Shown here: piece after piece, positions 44,482 through 54,161 of the stretch
Position numbering within the stretch: the first letter of the stretch is position 1
Layout: every line of letters begins with the position of its first letter
Virus record (IMG/VR): IMGVR_UViG_3300029288_000003
Length of the DNA stretch: 64,000 nucleotides
Strand: one strand, 5' to 3'
From: an uncultured virus (IMG/VR IMGVR_UViG_3300029288_000003)
Lineage: Duplodnaviria; Heunggongvirae; Uroviricota; Caudoviricetes
Notes under the pieces: generated by a model
Database searches by the model: none
Seen by the model: only the letters and a program-made list of their open reading frames with translations
Told to the model about the DNA's origin: nothing
Made by a program: the position numbers and the translations under genes

Positions 44482-45280
44482 AGTAGTTTACAAAGATGGC
44501 CGATGCTTTGGTCGGGTGATTCATTTTGATGAGCGTAGCCGACAATACCCATTGTTGCTTAAAGCAATGATTCTAGTAACAAAGACTTGGGATTGTAAGA
44601 AACATCTTGACCAAGGAAGCGAGGGGTCGTGTGTTGGATTTGGCTGCGGGCATGAATTGATAGCTGATCCAGTTGAAGTTCTTTCAATAGATTACACATA
44701 CTGTAGGGAAAAAATTTACTGGGCGGCACAAAAACTCGACGAATGGGATGGTGGAGCCTATCCTGGTGCAAGCGAGTATTATGAAGGGACGAGTGTTCTA
44801 GCTGGCTTAAAGGCATTAAAACAAGCTGGCTGGTGTACAGAATATAGGTGGACATTTAGTTTCGATGATTTTAAGAATGGAATCTCAAATGAAGGCCCAG
44901 CTATTGTTGGGACAAATTGGTATAGTGGAATGATGGACACCGATAAAAATGGTTTTGTTCATGTTACCGGGTCCAATGAAGGTGGTCATTGTTGGCTAGT
45001 GAAAGGTATAAATGTTGAGGAAGAATATTTCATCGGTCACAATAGTTGGGGAACGGCGTGGGGAGTGAGTGGGGATTTCAAGATAAGTTTTGTGGATATG
45101 GAAAAGTTGTTAAAAGCTGATGGTGAAGCAGCGTTTCTAATTGGACGGACTGATACGCCGGAACCAGAGCCGGAACCAGAGCCGGAACCAGAGCCGGAAC
45201 CAGAGCCGGAACCAAACAGTTTTTGGGCCTTTATTAAGGCGCTGATAAAATTCATTCTAAGTCTATTTGGATTTAATTGA
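44471..45280 (+). CDS. Papain-like (C1-type) cysteine peptidase with PE linker and hydrophobic C-terminal tail
   Basis: DQGSEGSCVGF, GGHCW, HNSWG..WG. Confidence 0.8.
   Translation: MKREVVYKDGRCFGRVIHFDERSRQYPLLLKAMILVTKTWDCKKHLDQGSEGSCVGFGCGHELIADPVEVLSIDYTYCREKIYWAAQKLDEWDGGAYPGASEYYEGTSVLAGLKALKQAGWCTEYRWTFSFDDFKNGISNEGPAIVGTNWYSGMMDTDKNGFVHVTGSNEGGHCWLVKGINVEEEYFIGHNSWGTAWGVSGDFKISFVDMEKLLKADGEAAFLIGRTDTPEPEPEPEPEPEPEPEPEPNSFWAFIKALIKFILSLFGFN
45157..45214 (+). repeat. 12-bp tandem repeat (GCCGGAACCAGA, about 4.8 copies) encoding a Pro-Glu linker
   Basis: Read directly from the sequence. Confidence 0.9.
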
Positions 45281-45876
45281 TGGGTTTAATTGCACAAACA
45301 AAAACGATGTTTAAGTCCGTGCTACATTGGGTAGCACGGACTCGACCTTATTTATTTGTAGTGCGGGATATTCTACCGTATGCAAGAATTTCATGGGGTC
45401 ATACTAGATTAACAGGTAAAAAATATAGGGAAGGGTATAAGTTACTAAAACCAGGGCATATAATTCTTTCAACTGACGAAGAACGTATTTCATCATTTTT
45501 AACTCCGGGCGATTTGGATCATGCAGCAATTTGTGTCGGTGTTGGTTCGGACTATGAAATTGGTGAAATGACACACTTGGGATATACACAAAGTTTATTT
45601 TTTGATATTTGTCATACCTCAGATCGAGTCGTTATTTTAGATTGTACAGATTGGGATGATGAATATAAACAAAGAGTCATTGAGAAATGTCGTTCACTGG
45701 TTGGGATGCAGTATGATTTTCAATTTGAAGTGGGAGACACGGTACTATATTGTTCGGAATTGGTTTTCTGTTGCGACATAGAGAAGCGATTGGAAATGGT
45801 GTTTGGAGATTATATCTTACCCGAAGATATTTATAAAGCTAAGAATGTAAAAGTTATTTGGGATTCAGACGCATGA
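45277..45876 (+). CDS. Permuted papain-like amidase (YiiX/YebB-like)
   Basis: LKPG.IIL, DHAAI, YDF.F, YCSELV (His before Cys). Confidence 0.75.
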   Translation: MMGLIAQTKTMFKSVLHWVARTRPYLFVVRDILPYARISWGHTRLTGKKYREGYKLLKPGHIILSTDEERISSFLTPGDLDHAAICVGVGSDYEIGEMTHLGYTQSLFFDICHTSDRVVILDCTDWDDEYKQRVIEKCRSLVGMQYDFQFEVGDTVLYCSELVFCCDIEKRLEMVFGDYILPEDIYKAKNVKVIWDSDA

Positions 45877-46421
45877 TATTTTTTACCGCCGACACGCATT
45901 TTGGACACGCCGGTATTTTAAAGCATATTCCTGCGCGAGCAGCGATGTTTTCTAATGTCGATGAAATGGATGATGCACTAATTGAGCAATGCAATCAAAC
46001 TGTTCAATCGCGGGATGAACTTTGGTTACTTGGCGACTTTGCATGGAAGGCCAGTAAGTATGGTCATTACAGACAACGCCTACGTGTGCGCAAATTACAC
46101 GTTGTAATGGGCAACCATGATTCTACTTCTCTAAGAGCGCATGTGTCTTCATTAAAGGAAATGGAATATCGGCGTTTTGGAACACAAAAGTTTCATTTAA
46201 CCCACTATCCGATGGCTTCCTGGCGTGGAAGAGAATCGGCCAAATCAATCCATTTATATGGGCATTCTCACGGTACAATTGAGACTCATTTAGATAGATG
46301 CTTTCCTGGGCGACGATCAATGGATGTTGGTGTTGACAATGCTTACCAATTTTTTGGTATTTGGCGACCATTTTCTATAGATGAAATTATCGAGATATTA
46401 AACAGTAAAGGAAGTGGATAA
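45873..46421 (+). CDS. Calcineurin-like metallophosphoesterase
   Basis: ADTHFGH, LGDF, GNHD, HYP, GHSH, DVGVD. Confidence 0.9.
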   Translation: MIFFTADTHFGHAGILKHIPARAAMFSNVDEMDDALIEQCNQTVQSRDELWLLGDFAWKASKYGHYRQRLRVRKLHVVMGNHDSTSLRAHVSSLKEMEYRRFGTQKFHLTHYPMASWRGRESAKSIHLYGHSHGTIETHLDRCFPGRRSMDVGVDNAYQFFGIWRPFSIDEIIEILNSKGSG

Positions 46422-47629
46422 TGACTAGATGTATTGTTTGTGGCCATACAATTTCGTATAAATTATTTGATCCAGGTCCACAACCATTGGCGGCATTAAA
46501 TCTACCTCGTTGTGAATCAGATGCATTAGAAGCTATAAAACACCCCATGAATTTCCATGCGTGTGCAATTTGTGGCCATGTATGGAACACTGAATTTGAA
46601 TATGCACAAGTGCCTTATGCCGGTGATTCAAATTTGATGTACAATAATGGGATGTTATGGCGCACACACATGCAGTTGCTAATTGATAAATTGGCTGAAA
46701 ATTCTGCTATGTGGCTTAATAGGCCAATTATTGATATTGGTTGTGGCGATGGTCTTTTCTTTTCACAGTTATTAGAAACCATACCAGAGGCTCAATGTAT
46801 AGGGTTCGAGCCAGGAATTGAGGGTGATAAGATTGTAGACTTTGAGTGCATACGTGACTACTTCATACCTGAACGAGATTTAAAGCGTCTTAAACCATCG
46901 CTTCTTGTATGTCGGCATGTTATTGAACATCTTGAAAATCCGCGTGATTTTGTGGCTGAGATTGCCTATTGGTGTGGACGATATGAACTTGTGCCAATTT
47001 TTCTTGCCGAAGTCCCTTGTTTTGATAAGGCATTAGAAACTGGGCGTATTTCAGACTTTTTATATGAACACGCATCAAATTTTACTCTAAACAGTTTATA
47101 TACGTTGTTCGCTACATCAGGATTTCAATTATTAGAGACTTCCCGTTTATACGATGAAGAGGTTGTTGTTGGGTTCTTTCAACCACATGATGTTGCCTTA
47201 AATCAACATCGAAAGATTGCAGAAGATTTTGATGAAAAAGTTACACGAACTTTTGAGAGTGTGGGAGAGACATTATCTCAATTACGCAAATCGACATTAG
47301 CATTTAGGTCTGGACAGTCGATTGTTGCCTTGTGGGGCGGCACTGGTAAGAGCGCTGCATTTCTTAATATGTTTGATCTAAATCATAAAGATTTTCCATT
47401 GGTGGTTGATTCGGATGAACATAAAGTTGGGAGATATGTTCCTGGTACTGGACAAAAAATTCAATCGCCTGATGTGTTGCAGGGTTTGACGCCTATAATT
47501 ATCATCACAACATCGTGGCGAGCAAAAGATATTTATACCGAGATTCAAATGCGAGGTATCCAATACCAAAGCATTCTGGTACTTAAAGACGGAGTTTTAA
47601 ATGAATATGCCCCCGATGCCGAAGTTTGA
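46421..47629 (+). CDS. SAM-dependent C-methyltransferase (NDP-sugar C-methyltransferase-like)
   Basis: N-terminal CxxC...CxxC, DIGCGDG, RHVIEH, EVP, YEH, C-terminal WG..GK...VVD....KVG.Y.PG. Confidence 0.8.
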   Translation: MTRCIVCGHTISYKLFDPGPQPLAALNLPRCESDALEAIKHPMNFHACAICGHVWNTEFEYAQVPYAGDSNLMYNNGMLWRTHMQLLIDKLAENSAMWLNRPIIDIGCGDGLFFSQLLETIPEAQCIGFEPGIEGDKIVDFECIRDYFIPERDLKRLKPSLLVCRHVIEHLENPRDFVAEIAYWCGRYELVPIFLAEVPCFDKALETGRISDFLYEHASNFTLNSLYTLFATSGFQLLETSRLYDEEVVVGFFQPHDVALNQHRKIAEDFDEKVTRTFESVGETLSQLRKSTLAFRSGQSIVALWGGTGKSAAFLNMFDLNHKDFPLVVDSDEHKVGRYVPGTGQKIQSPDVLQGLTPIIIITTSWRAKDIYTEIQMRGIQYQSILVLKDGVLNEYAPDAEV

Positions 47630-49364
47630 TTTTAATGAAATCTTTACCGCGTATTGCCGAAAAGACTTCATGCATGTTTCGCAGTTAATCGTAGATGTAA
47701 TAAAGCATTTTAACGATGTTAATTATACAGGTTTTAGTCGTGAGCAGAAAACACAATTTGATGATTGTGTGATGACCATTTTTTTCATCTTATCTCAACC
47801 AGATTTTCAAATACCCTCGGAATTCGCAGGAGTTTTTGTCAATGTAGGTCATATACTAGCTAACATGGCTAAAGCCTCGGCTATTGGGTCTACTCAGCCA
47901 TTTTTAAATCGCGTATGTAGTCAAGAAAATAATTACGTCAAAATTTTGATGTTTAATACTTGCCATAATACGCTGGCTATTGATTTAGAGGCGCTGTTTC
48001 AACCAAACCCTGATTTAACATCCTTATGGTGGGCGAATTATCAGACTTCGGCTCAAGGTACACTATCTGCCGAAGTCCATGAGCGAGTTGTAAAACATTT
48101 ACAATCTGTACCCAAAGAATTTAGATTGCAAGATTTTAGAACCGCACCCTTATATTTTCAGTGTACCTATTTCTCGCCCGAAACCGATCATATTATCAAG
48201 CAAGAATTTAATCGACAAGTTCGTGTGAAATTGGCTGGGGCTAAAATTCACAACCATCCTAATCCTAAGAGTATTGCAATTATTTGTGATAGATGGCAAC
48301 CAACTACTGCTGTCTATAAAAGTTGTTATCATCAAATTGAACGCTTATCGGAACGATATGATTTAACACTCGTTCATTTTAGTGAGGATAAAATATCGCA
48401 AATTGACACACGACTCTTTAAGCATGTCAAACGAGTACAACTACTGGACAATATGACTCGTTTAAATTTTGCCGAGATTAAATACAACGATTTTCAGTTT
48501 GCGTACTTTCCTGATATTGGAATGAACTACGAATCGGTTTGTTTATCAAATATGCAGGTTGCTCCTATTATGGCCACGGGTTATGGGCACCCAGTAAGCA
48601 CCTTTGGATCGAAGATTGATTATTTTATTGGTGGATTGGATTCTGAATTACCAGCATTAGCAACAACGAATTATAGCGAGAGGTTAGTTTTAATTCCTGG
48701 TATAGGAGCGCATCCAGTTTTTCCAAATTATCAGCGTAAACACCCAACACCAGATAAGTTTATTATCAATTGTTGCTGGACGACACAAAAGACTAATTAT
48801 CCGATGTTGGAAGCATTGCGAAATATTCAAGAACGTGCAAATATACCTGTTCACTTTAATTTTTTCCCGTCTTGGACGATTAGCCGTTATCAGGCAGCGA
48901 TTTCAGTGCGGCAGGAATTGACCAATTTTTTCAAAGGGGCTGTGACTATTTATTTTGATACCCCCTATCATGGGTATTTAGAAATCTTGGAAAATGGCCG
49001 ATTAACACTTGACTCGTATCCGTTTGGAGGGTATAATACAATAGTGGACTCTCTGTTTGTAGGGTGTCCTGTTGTTACTTTAGAAGGTACGCGATTCTTT
49101 AACCGTGCCTCTTCGGCTTTAATGCGAAAAGTAAATCTCCCGCAGCTTGTTACAACTAATCGTGATGATTATGTGGATAAAGCGGTAGAACTTATTAACC
49201 ACCCAGAAGAGTTACAACATATAAGAGACGCTGTGACGGTTATTGATATGAAGGCATTACTGGTGGATACTGAGGAACCGACTTACTTTGCGAATGCTAT
49301 TGATTACTTAATAAAGCATCATTCGGAATTAAAAGATGGCCGGGAGCCTCTTATTTTGGCATGA
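47601..49364 (+). CDS. GT41 protein glycosyltransferase (HMW1C/NGT- or OGT-like)
   Basis: YFPDIGM...SN...API...GHP.ST....IDY; LDSYPFGG.NT..D.L..G.PVVTL.G. Confidence 0.8.
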   Translation: MNMPPMPKFDFNEIFTAYCRKDFMHVSQLIVDVIKHFNDVNYTGFSREQKTQFDDCVMTIFFILSQPDFQIPSEFAGVFVNVGHILANMAKASAIGSTQPFLNRVCSQENNYVKILMFNTCHNTLAIDLEALFQPNPDLTSLWWANYQTSAQGTLSAEVHERVVKHLQSVPKEFRLQDFRTAPLYFQCTYFSPETDHIIKQEFNRQVRVKLAGAKIHNHPNPKSIAIICDRWQPTTAVYKSCYHQIERLSERYDLTLVHFSEDKISQIDTRLFKHVKRVQLLDNMTRLNFAEIKYNDFQFAYFPDIGMNYESVCLSNMQVAPIMATGYGHPVSTFGSKIDYFIGGLDSELPALATTNYSERLVLIPGIGAHPVFPNYQRKHPTPDKFIINCCWTTQKTNYPMLEALRNIQERANIPVHFNFFPSWTISRYQAAISVRQELTNFFKGAVTIYFDTPYHGYLEILENGRLTLDSYPFGGYNTIVDSLFVGCPVVTLEGTRFFNRASSALMRKVNLPQLVTTNRDDYVDKAVELINHPEELQHIRDAVTVIDMKALLVDTEEPTYFANAIDYLIKHHSELKDGREPLILA

Positions 49365-49386
49365 AACTTGCACTTAGGAGTTAAAT

Positions 49387-50454
49387 ATGAGCGAATTAAA
49401 AATTGAAGCTGTTATACTCGACGAAGTTTTACCGCACCCAAACGCTGATAAGCTAGATTTATTGCGTTTTGGTTCAAATACGGTGTGCGATGAGCGCGGC
49501 AAATATAAAGCCGGTGATGTTGTTGCCCATTTTCCACCTGACATGCTTATTCCTAATGTCTTGGCTAAACAGTTAGGGGTAGAGAATTATCTTAAAGAGG
49601 CAATTTATCCAGGTGATGCCTATAAGTCAAAATGTCGCGTGGCAGCCATTAGATTGCGGGGTTGCCCTTCTTTTGGGTTTGTATTCCCAACTCGTTGGGC
49701 ATATAGTCCAGGTGACGATTTGACGGCTCGTTTTCATGGTGTTAAATTTGAACCACCTGAACCTACATGGTATACGACCGGGTTACATGCCAAGGGTGAT
49801 CCACGTTTTCATTGTTATACGGAAATTGAAAACTATCGTAATTCAAGATATACTAATGCAATTCCAGTAGATACTCTTGTTAGAGTAACTGAGAAAATTC
49901 ATGGTACTAATAGTCGTGTTGGTATTATTGATGGTGAATTTATGTGCGGCTCGCATAAATGTACCATGAAGGAACTTGATAAAAATGACAATCCATCTGT
50001 TTACTGGCAACCATTAACTGGCGATATGAAGGATATGCTTTATTGTCTTGCCGAAGGCGGTAAGAATGTAATTGCATTTGGCGAAATTTTCGGCTCAAAA
50101 GTTCAATGCATGGATTATGGAATTGTCGGACGCGGAGGCTATCGCCTCTTTGATATTTCTGTTAATGGTGAATATCTCTCATGGGAACAGGTTGAATACT
50201 ATGCAACTCGTTTTTGTATTCCTTTGGTTCCATTACTGTATAAAGGTCCGTTCTCCCATGAGATAGTTGACCAGTTTGTGGATGGTTTGACAACAGTAAT
50301 TGATCCTGAGCAAATTAAGTCTAAGTTTAAAGGTCGTGAAGGTATTGTTATTACGCCTTTGATTGAACAATTTAGTCCTGAATTGGGTGGCCGCATGATT
50401 CTAAAAGCGGTTTCAGTTGATTACTTACAGAATAGAAAGAGTGATTCACACTAA
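49387..50454 (+). CDS. RNA ligase (DRB0094/Rnl2-like family)
   Basis: HPNADKL N-terminal domain, TEKIHGTN, FGEIFG, LFDI, REGIV, KAVS..YL. Confidence 0.85.
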   Translation: MSELKIEAVILDEVLPHPNADKLDLLRFGSNTVCDERGKYKAGDVVAHFPPDMLIPNVLAKQLGVENYLKEAIYPGDAYKSKCRVAAIRLRGCPSFGFVFPTRWAYSPGDDLTARFHGVKFEPPEPTWYTTGLHAKGDPRFHCYTEIENYRNSRYTNAIPVDTLVRVTEKIHGTNSRVGIIDGEFMCGSHKCTMKELDKNDNPSVYWQPLTGDMKDMLYCLAEGGKNVIAFGEIFGSKVQCMDYGIVGRGGYRLFDISVNGEYLSWEQVEYYATRFCIPLVPLLYKGPFSHEIVDQFVDGLTTVIDPEQIKSKFKGREGIVITPLIEQFSPELGGRMILKAVSVDYLQNRKSDSH

Positions 50455-50455
50455 C

Positions 50456-50746
50456 ATGACAAAAGACCTTATTGCAAAATTTGTGAGGGAATACAATGGA
50501 AGTGACCTCCCTGGTGATTTGTTTACTTATTTAACAAAGATGGAGGGTATTAAAGAGACACGCCGTAAATTGGAGAAAGAGCGTTGTCAAATTGATGCCA
50601 GCTACCATAAAGCTAAGGAAGAGTGGGCACTTAGATTGCGAGCATTGCAAGCTACTTGTCCTCACCCTGAGACTGCATTCTGTGGCGACCCTGCGGGAGG
50701 GCATGACTCGTATTACATCTGTACATATTGTGAAAAGGTATTATAA
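50456..50746 (+). CDS. Hypothetical protein (C-terminal zinc-ribbon-like)
   Basis: CPH...CTYC. Confidence 0.5.
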   Translation: MTKDLIAKFVREYNGSDLPGDLFTYLTKMEGIKETRRKLEKERCQIDASYHKAKEEWALRLRALQATCPHPETAFCGDPAGGHDSYYICTYCEKVL

Positions 50747-52056
50747 TGAAATTAAACACAAAGAAAGCATCGGACATTAAGGCTCGATTAGCAGCCGGAG
50801 CCACGCAAAGACAGGTGGCAAAAGATTATGGTATTAGTAGATCGGTTGTGTCCGATATTGCTACTGGGCGTATTTGGAAATCCGCCCCTGGTACTGTCCC
50901 GGCTAAACGTGCTGGTGGGCAATCTAAGCCATCCGCAAAATATAACCCTACGGATGAACGTATTTTAGAGTTAGGGGCTGAAATAAATCATCTGCGTGAT
51001 GAACGGAGTGTTTTACAGAAGCAGGTTAAGGCCATGTCAAAATCGCATGGACTCTTTAAGGCAATTACAAAGGAAATGGGCGCCCTTGTTAAACCTCTGA
51101 CTGCTTTACCAACTGTGGTCTCAGTAAAGCGTGGGCACGTAAAAGATCGACAAATTGAAGAACATCTTGTGATGCATTTGAGTGATGGGCACCACGATCA
51201 AATTGTTAAGCCGTCTGATTGTGGTGGTTTAGAAAGATATGATTTTAGAATCAGTATGCGACGTGCCGAACAATATGTTGATACTGTTTTAAAGTGGACC
51301 CAGCAAACTTTAAATCCACAGTTTTATTTTCCGTCATTGACTGTATTGGCGTATGGCGATCATACAAGCGGTGAAATTCACAACCACATGCAGCGGTCGT
51401 ACTTCCGAAATATGTTTAAGAATGCGTCCGCCATTGGTCAACTTCATGCATTGATGTATCGTGACTTGGCTCCGTATTTTGAGACAGTGAATGTTGTTTA
51501 TGTTCCAGGCAATCATGGTCGCCGGTCTATTAAGAAGGACTATCATGGCGCTCACGATAATTGGGACTATTTAGTTGCAGATACAGCGGCTCAGCATTGT
51601 AGCGATATTAAAAATATCAATTTTGTTATTCCAGATGCATGGTCTATCAATTTAGATATTAACGGCGTTGGTTTTAGTGTATTTCATGGTGACGATGTAC
51701 GTTCGCAATTGGGTGTGCCGTGGTATGGAATGGAACGACGACAGAATCGTATCACTGCTCTTACATCTTTGCAGGGTGGTAACAGAATTCGTTACTTTTG
51801 TTGCGGGCATTTTCATCGTCCAGCCACTTTGTCACAGTTTGATGGTGAATTATTGATGAATGGCCCGTGGGTTGCTACCGATGCCTATTCTTATAATGCG
51901 TTTGGTGGTTATACTGAACCAACACAATTGCTACATGGAGTTGGACAAAAATATGGTGTAACATGGAGGTTGCCTGTTAAGCTAAAGACTGATGATGAAC
52001 ACCTGGGACCACAACGCTATAAGATTGATTTAATGCGAGAAATTGGAAATGCCTAG
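50746..52056 (+). CDS. HTH plus calcineurin-like phosphoesterase
   Basis: N-terminal HTH (QRQVAKDYGISRSVVSDI); SDGH, GD, GNHG, HGD, GHFH. Confidence 0.8.
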   Translation: MKLNTKKASDIKARLAAGATQRQVAKDYGISRSVVSDIATGRIWKSAPGTVPAKRAGGQSKPSAKYNPTDERILELGAEINHLRDERSVLQKQVKAMSKSHGLFKAITKEMGALVKPLTALPTVVSVKRGHVKDRQIEEHLVMHLSDGHHDQIVKPSDCGGLERYDFRISMRRAEQYVDTVLKWTQQTLNPQFYFPSLTVLAYGDHTSGEIHNHMQRSYFRNMFKNASAIGQLHALMYRDLAPYFETVNVVYVPGNHGRRSIKKDYHGAHDNWDYLVADTAAQHCSDIKNINFVIPDAWSINLDINGVGFSVFHGDDVRSQLGVPWYGMERRQNRITALTSLQGGNRIRYFCCGHFHRPATLSQFDGELLMNGPWVATDAYSYNAFGGYTEPTQLLHGVGQKYGVTWRLPVKLKTDDEHLGPQRYKIDLMREIGNA

Positions 52057-52984
52057 TACAGTTGAGCGATTAACTCAAAAAGGACTAATCCGCCCACCAT
52101 CTTGGTTAGCGGATAATGTCATTTATGAAACCGTGATGGGTTCAGTAGCTTATGGTGTTTCTGTTGATATATCTGATTTTGATACGATGGGTGTTTGTGT
52201 TCCGCCTAAAGAAATGGTATTTCCACATTTAGCCGGACGTATTGAAGGATTCGGCAGGCAACATCAGAAGTTTGTTTGTTATCAAAAGCATCATGTACTT
52301 GTACCTGATGACCTCGGTGGCCGAGGGCGGGAATATGATTTAAATGTCTATAATATAGTGCATTATTTTCATTTATGTATGGAGAATAATCCTAATATGG
52401 TGGCGTCACTATTCACGCCACAAGACTGTGTATTGCATTGTACAAAGATTGGAAATATGATTCGTGATAAGCGTCGAATCTTTTTGCATAAAGGCTGCTG
52501 GCATAAATTTAAGGGATATGCTTACAGTCAACTTCACAAGATTCGGACTCGTAACCCCGAAGAAGGCAGCAAGCGGGCTGAGATTATTGATAAGTTTGGA
52601 TGGGATGTGAAATTCGGGTATCATACGGTGCGTCTATTATCTGAGGTTGAGCAGATTCTAACCGAAGGCGATTTGGACATTAGACGTAATCGTGAACAGT
52701 TAAAAGCTATTCGTCGCGGTGAAATGACGGCTGAGGATTGTATTGCGTGGGCGACCACGAAGGAACAAGCCTTGGAGCGGGCGTATGAAACAAGTCAATT
52801 GCCGTATGGTCCTGATGAACAAGCAATTAAAACATTATTGTTTGAATGCCTTGAAGAACATTGGGGGTCATTAAAAGGCTGTGTCTATGGTGAGTCGCCA
52901 TTAAATGCGGCATGTCGTTTAATGCAAGACATGCAACAATTGATAAATCATTATCAAGTGGAGTTGAATGATGGAGAAAGATAA
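52049..52984 (+). CDS. Pol-beta-superfamily nucleotidyltransferase (RlaP-like)
   Basis: GSVAYG....SDFD..G, NPN, GYAYSQL, K..YH.VRL. Confidence 0.8.
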   Translation: MPSTVERLTQKGLIRPPSWLADNVIYETVMGSVAYGVSVDISDFDTMGVCVPPKEMVFPHLAGRIEGFGRQHQKFVCYQKHHVLVPDDLGGRGREYDLNVYNIVHYFHLCMENNPNMVASLFTPQDCVLHCTKIGNMIRDKRRIFLHKGCWHKFKGYAYSQLHKIRTRNPEEGSKRAEIIDKFGWDVKFGYHTVRLLSEVEQILTEGDLDIRRNREQLKAIRRGEMTAEDCIAWATTKEQALERAYETSQLPYGPDEQAIKTLLFECLEEHWGSLKGCVYGESPLNAACRLMQDMQQLINHYQVELNDGER

Positions 52985-53240
52985 ACAAAATAACGACTTG
53001 CGGGTTGCGCCCAATAAAGGGACGGGGGAGTGTGGGCGCACCCGCAGTCATAAAAATGTGATACAGTGGGTACAATGTGCGAGTTCACTTGTGGGTTGTC
53101 CTATTTTTCACGATCAACGTATTGTTGAGGTTAAATTATGATGCCTGTCTTTATTTCTGCGTTAGAGTTTCTTGGGCTACCGATGGAGGATGAGGACGAA
53201 GATTTATCAGAATTTGAAAACTTACAATTGGAGTTCGAGG

Positions 53241-54161
53241 ATGAATCTAGTTGACCAACTATTACAACATGCTGAGGGCTGCGCGGAAAAATCGGAAACT
53301 TCTCGACAACAAGTTTCCACTTACCAAGATATGATGGATTCGTTACCTCGGTTGTTTCCCGCCCCTGATGATATGTATGTCCGGTCGCCTGATATTGAAT
53401 ATGATTTGGCTCTTTTTTATTCATTACAGTCAAAGGAACAAGATGATGCTTTGAGAATGGTTTTAAGCATGACCTTTGGAGCGCTTGAATGGGAGGGGGA
53501 AATTGACAAAGCGGAAAATACATTGACTCTTCGGACGTTAGTAAAGTGTGGAGAGTATACAGTTTTGATTAAGATTATTGGAGCCAATCATAAACACTAT
53601 CATTTGACAGACGTTCAAGATGTTGGTTTAAAATTAGTTGGTAGGGCTACCAGTGTTAAATTTGTTCCGTGGGAGATTTTACGGCCTGACATCACACCTG
53701 AAATTTTATTAGAACAATGCGTTCAGTCAAATGCGGTATCTTATGTCTCTCGTCAGCAAGCTAAGATTCTGAGTGAATTGGCAGCAGTATTACCGCCAAA
53801 TGTACCGGCAGCCGATGGAGTATCTGCTACTTTGGGTTTAAGTTACGACGCTGATATTACTTATCTTTGTGATCCTTCGGGTAAAAAGCGGGCATTTTTA
53901 GACAAGTATCTTGGTTATAATGGTTGGTCGGCAACGATTCAAAAACGAACGGCTGATTTTAGTCTACATACAATTTTTGAAATTAGATGTAAAATAGGTA
54001 AGTTGCGGTTACGAGTGTCGATTGTTGATGCTTGTAAAGATAAAGAACAATTATTTCTTGTTGGTGATTTACCAGAACTTTTAGTTTACAAGGCCGTGCG
54101 TAGTACCGACCCAGATTACAAAGCTACACTTAAAATGTTTAAGACAAAATATGGATATTGA
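53241..54161 (+). CDS. Hypothetical protein with two internal repeats
   Basis: The SRQQ...LP...PA.D...YD...W...I.K pattern occurs twice. Confidence 0.55.
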   Translation: MNLVDQLLQHAEGCAEKSETSRQQVSTYQDMMDSLPRLFPAPDDMYVRSPDIEYDLALFYSLQSKEQDDALRMVLSMTFGALEWEGEIDKAENTLTLRTLVKCGEYTVLIKIIGANHKHYHLTDVQDVGLKLVGRATSVKFVPWEILRPDITPEILLEQCVQSNAVSYVSRQQAKILSELAAVLPPNVPAADGVSATLGLSYDADITYLCDPSGKKRAFLDKYLGYNGWSATIQKRTADFSLHTIFEIRCKIGKLRLRVSIVDACKDKEQLFLVGDLPELLVYKAVRSTDPDYKATLKMFKTKYGY

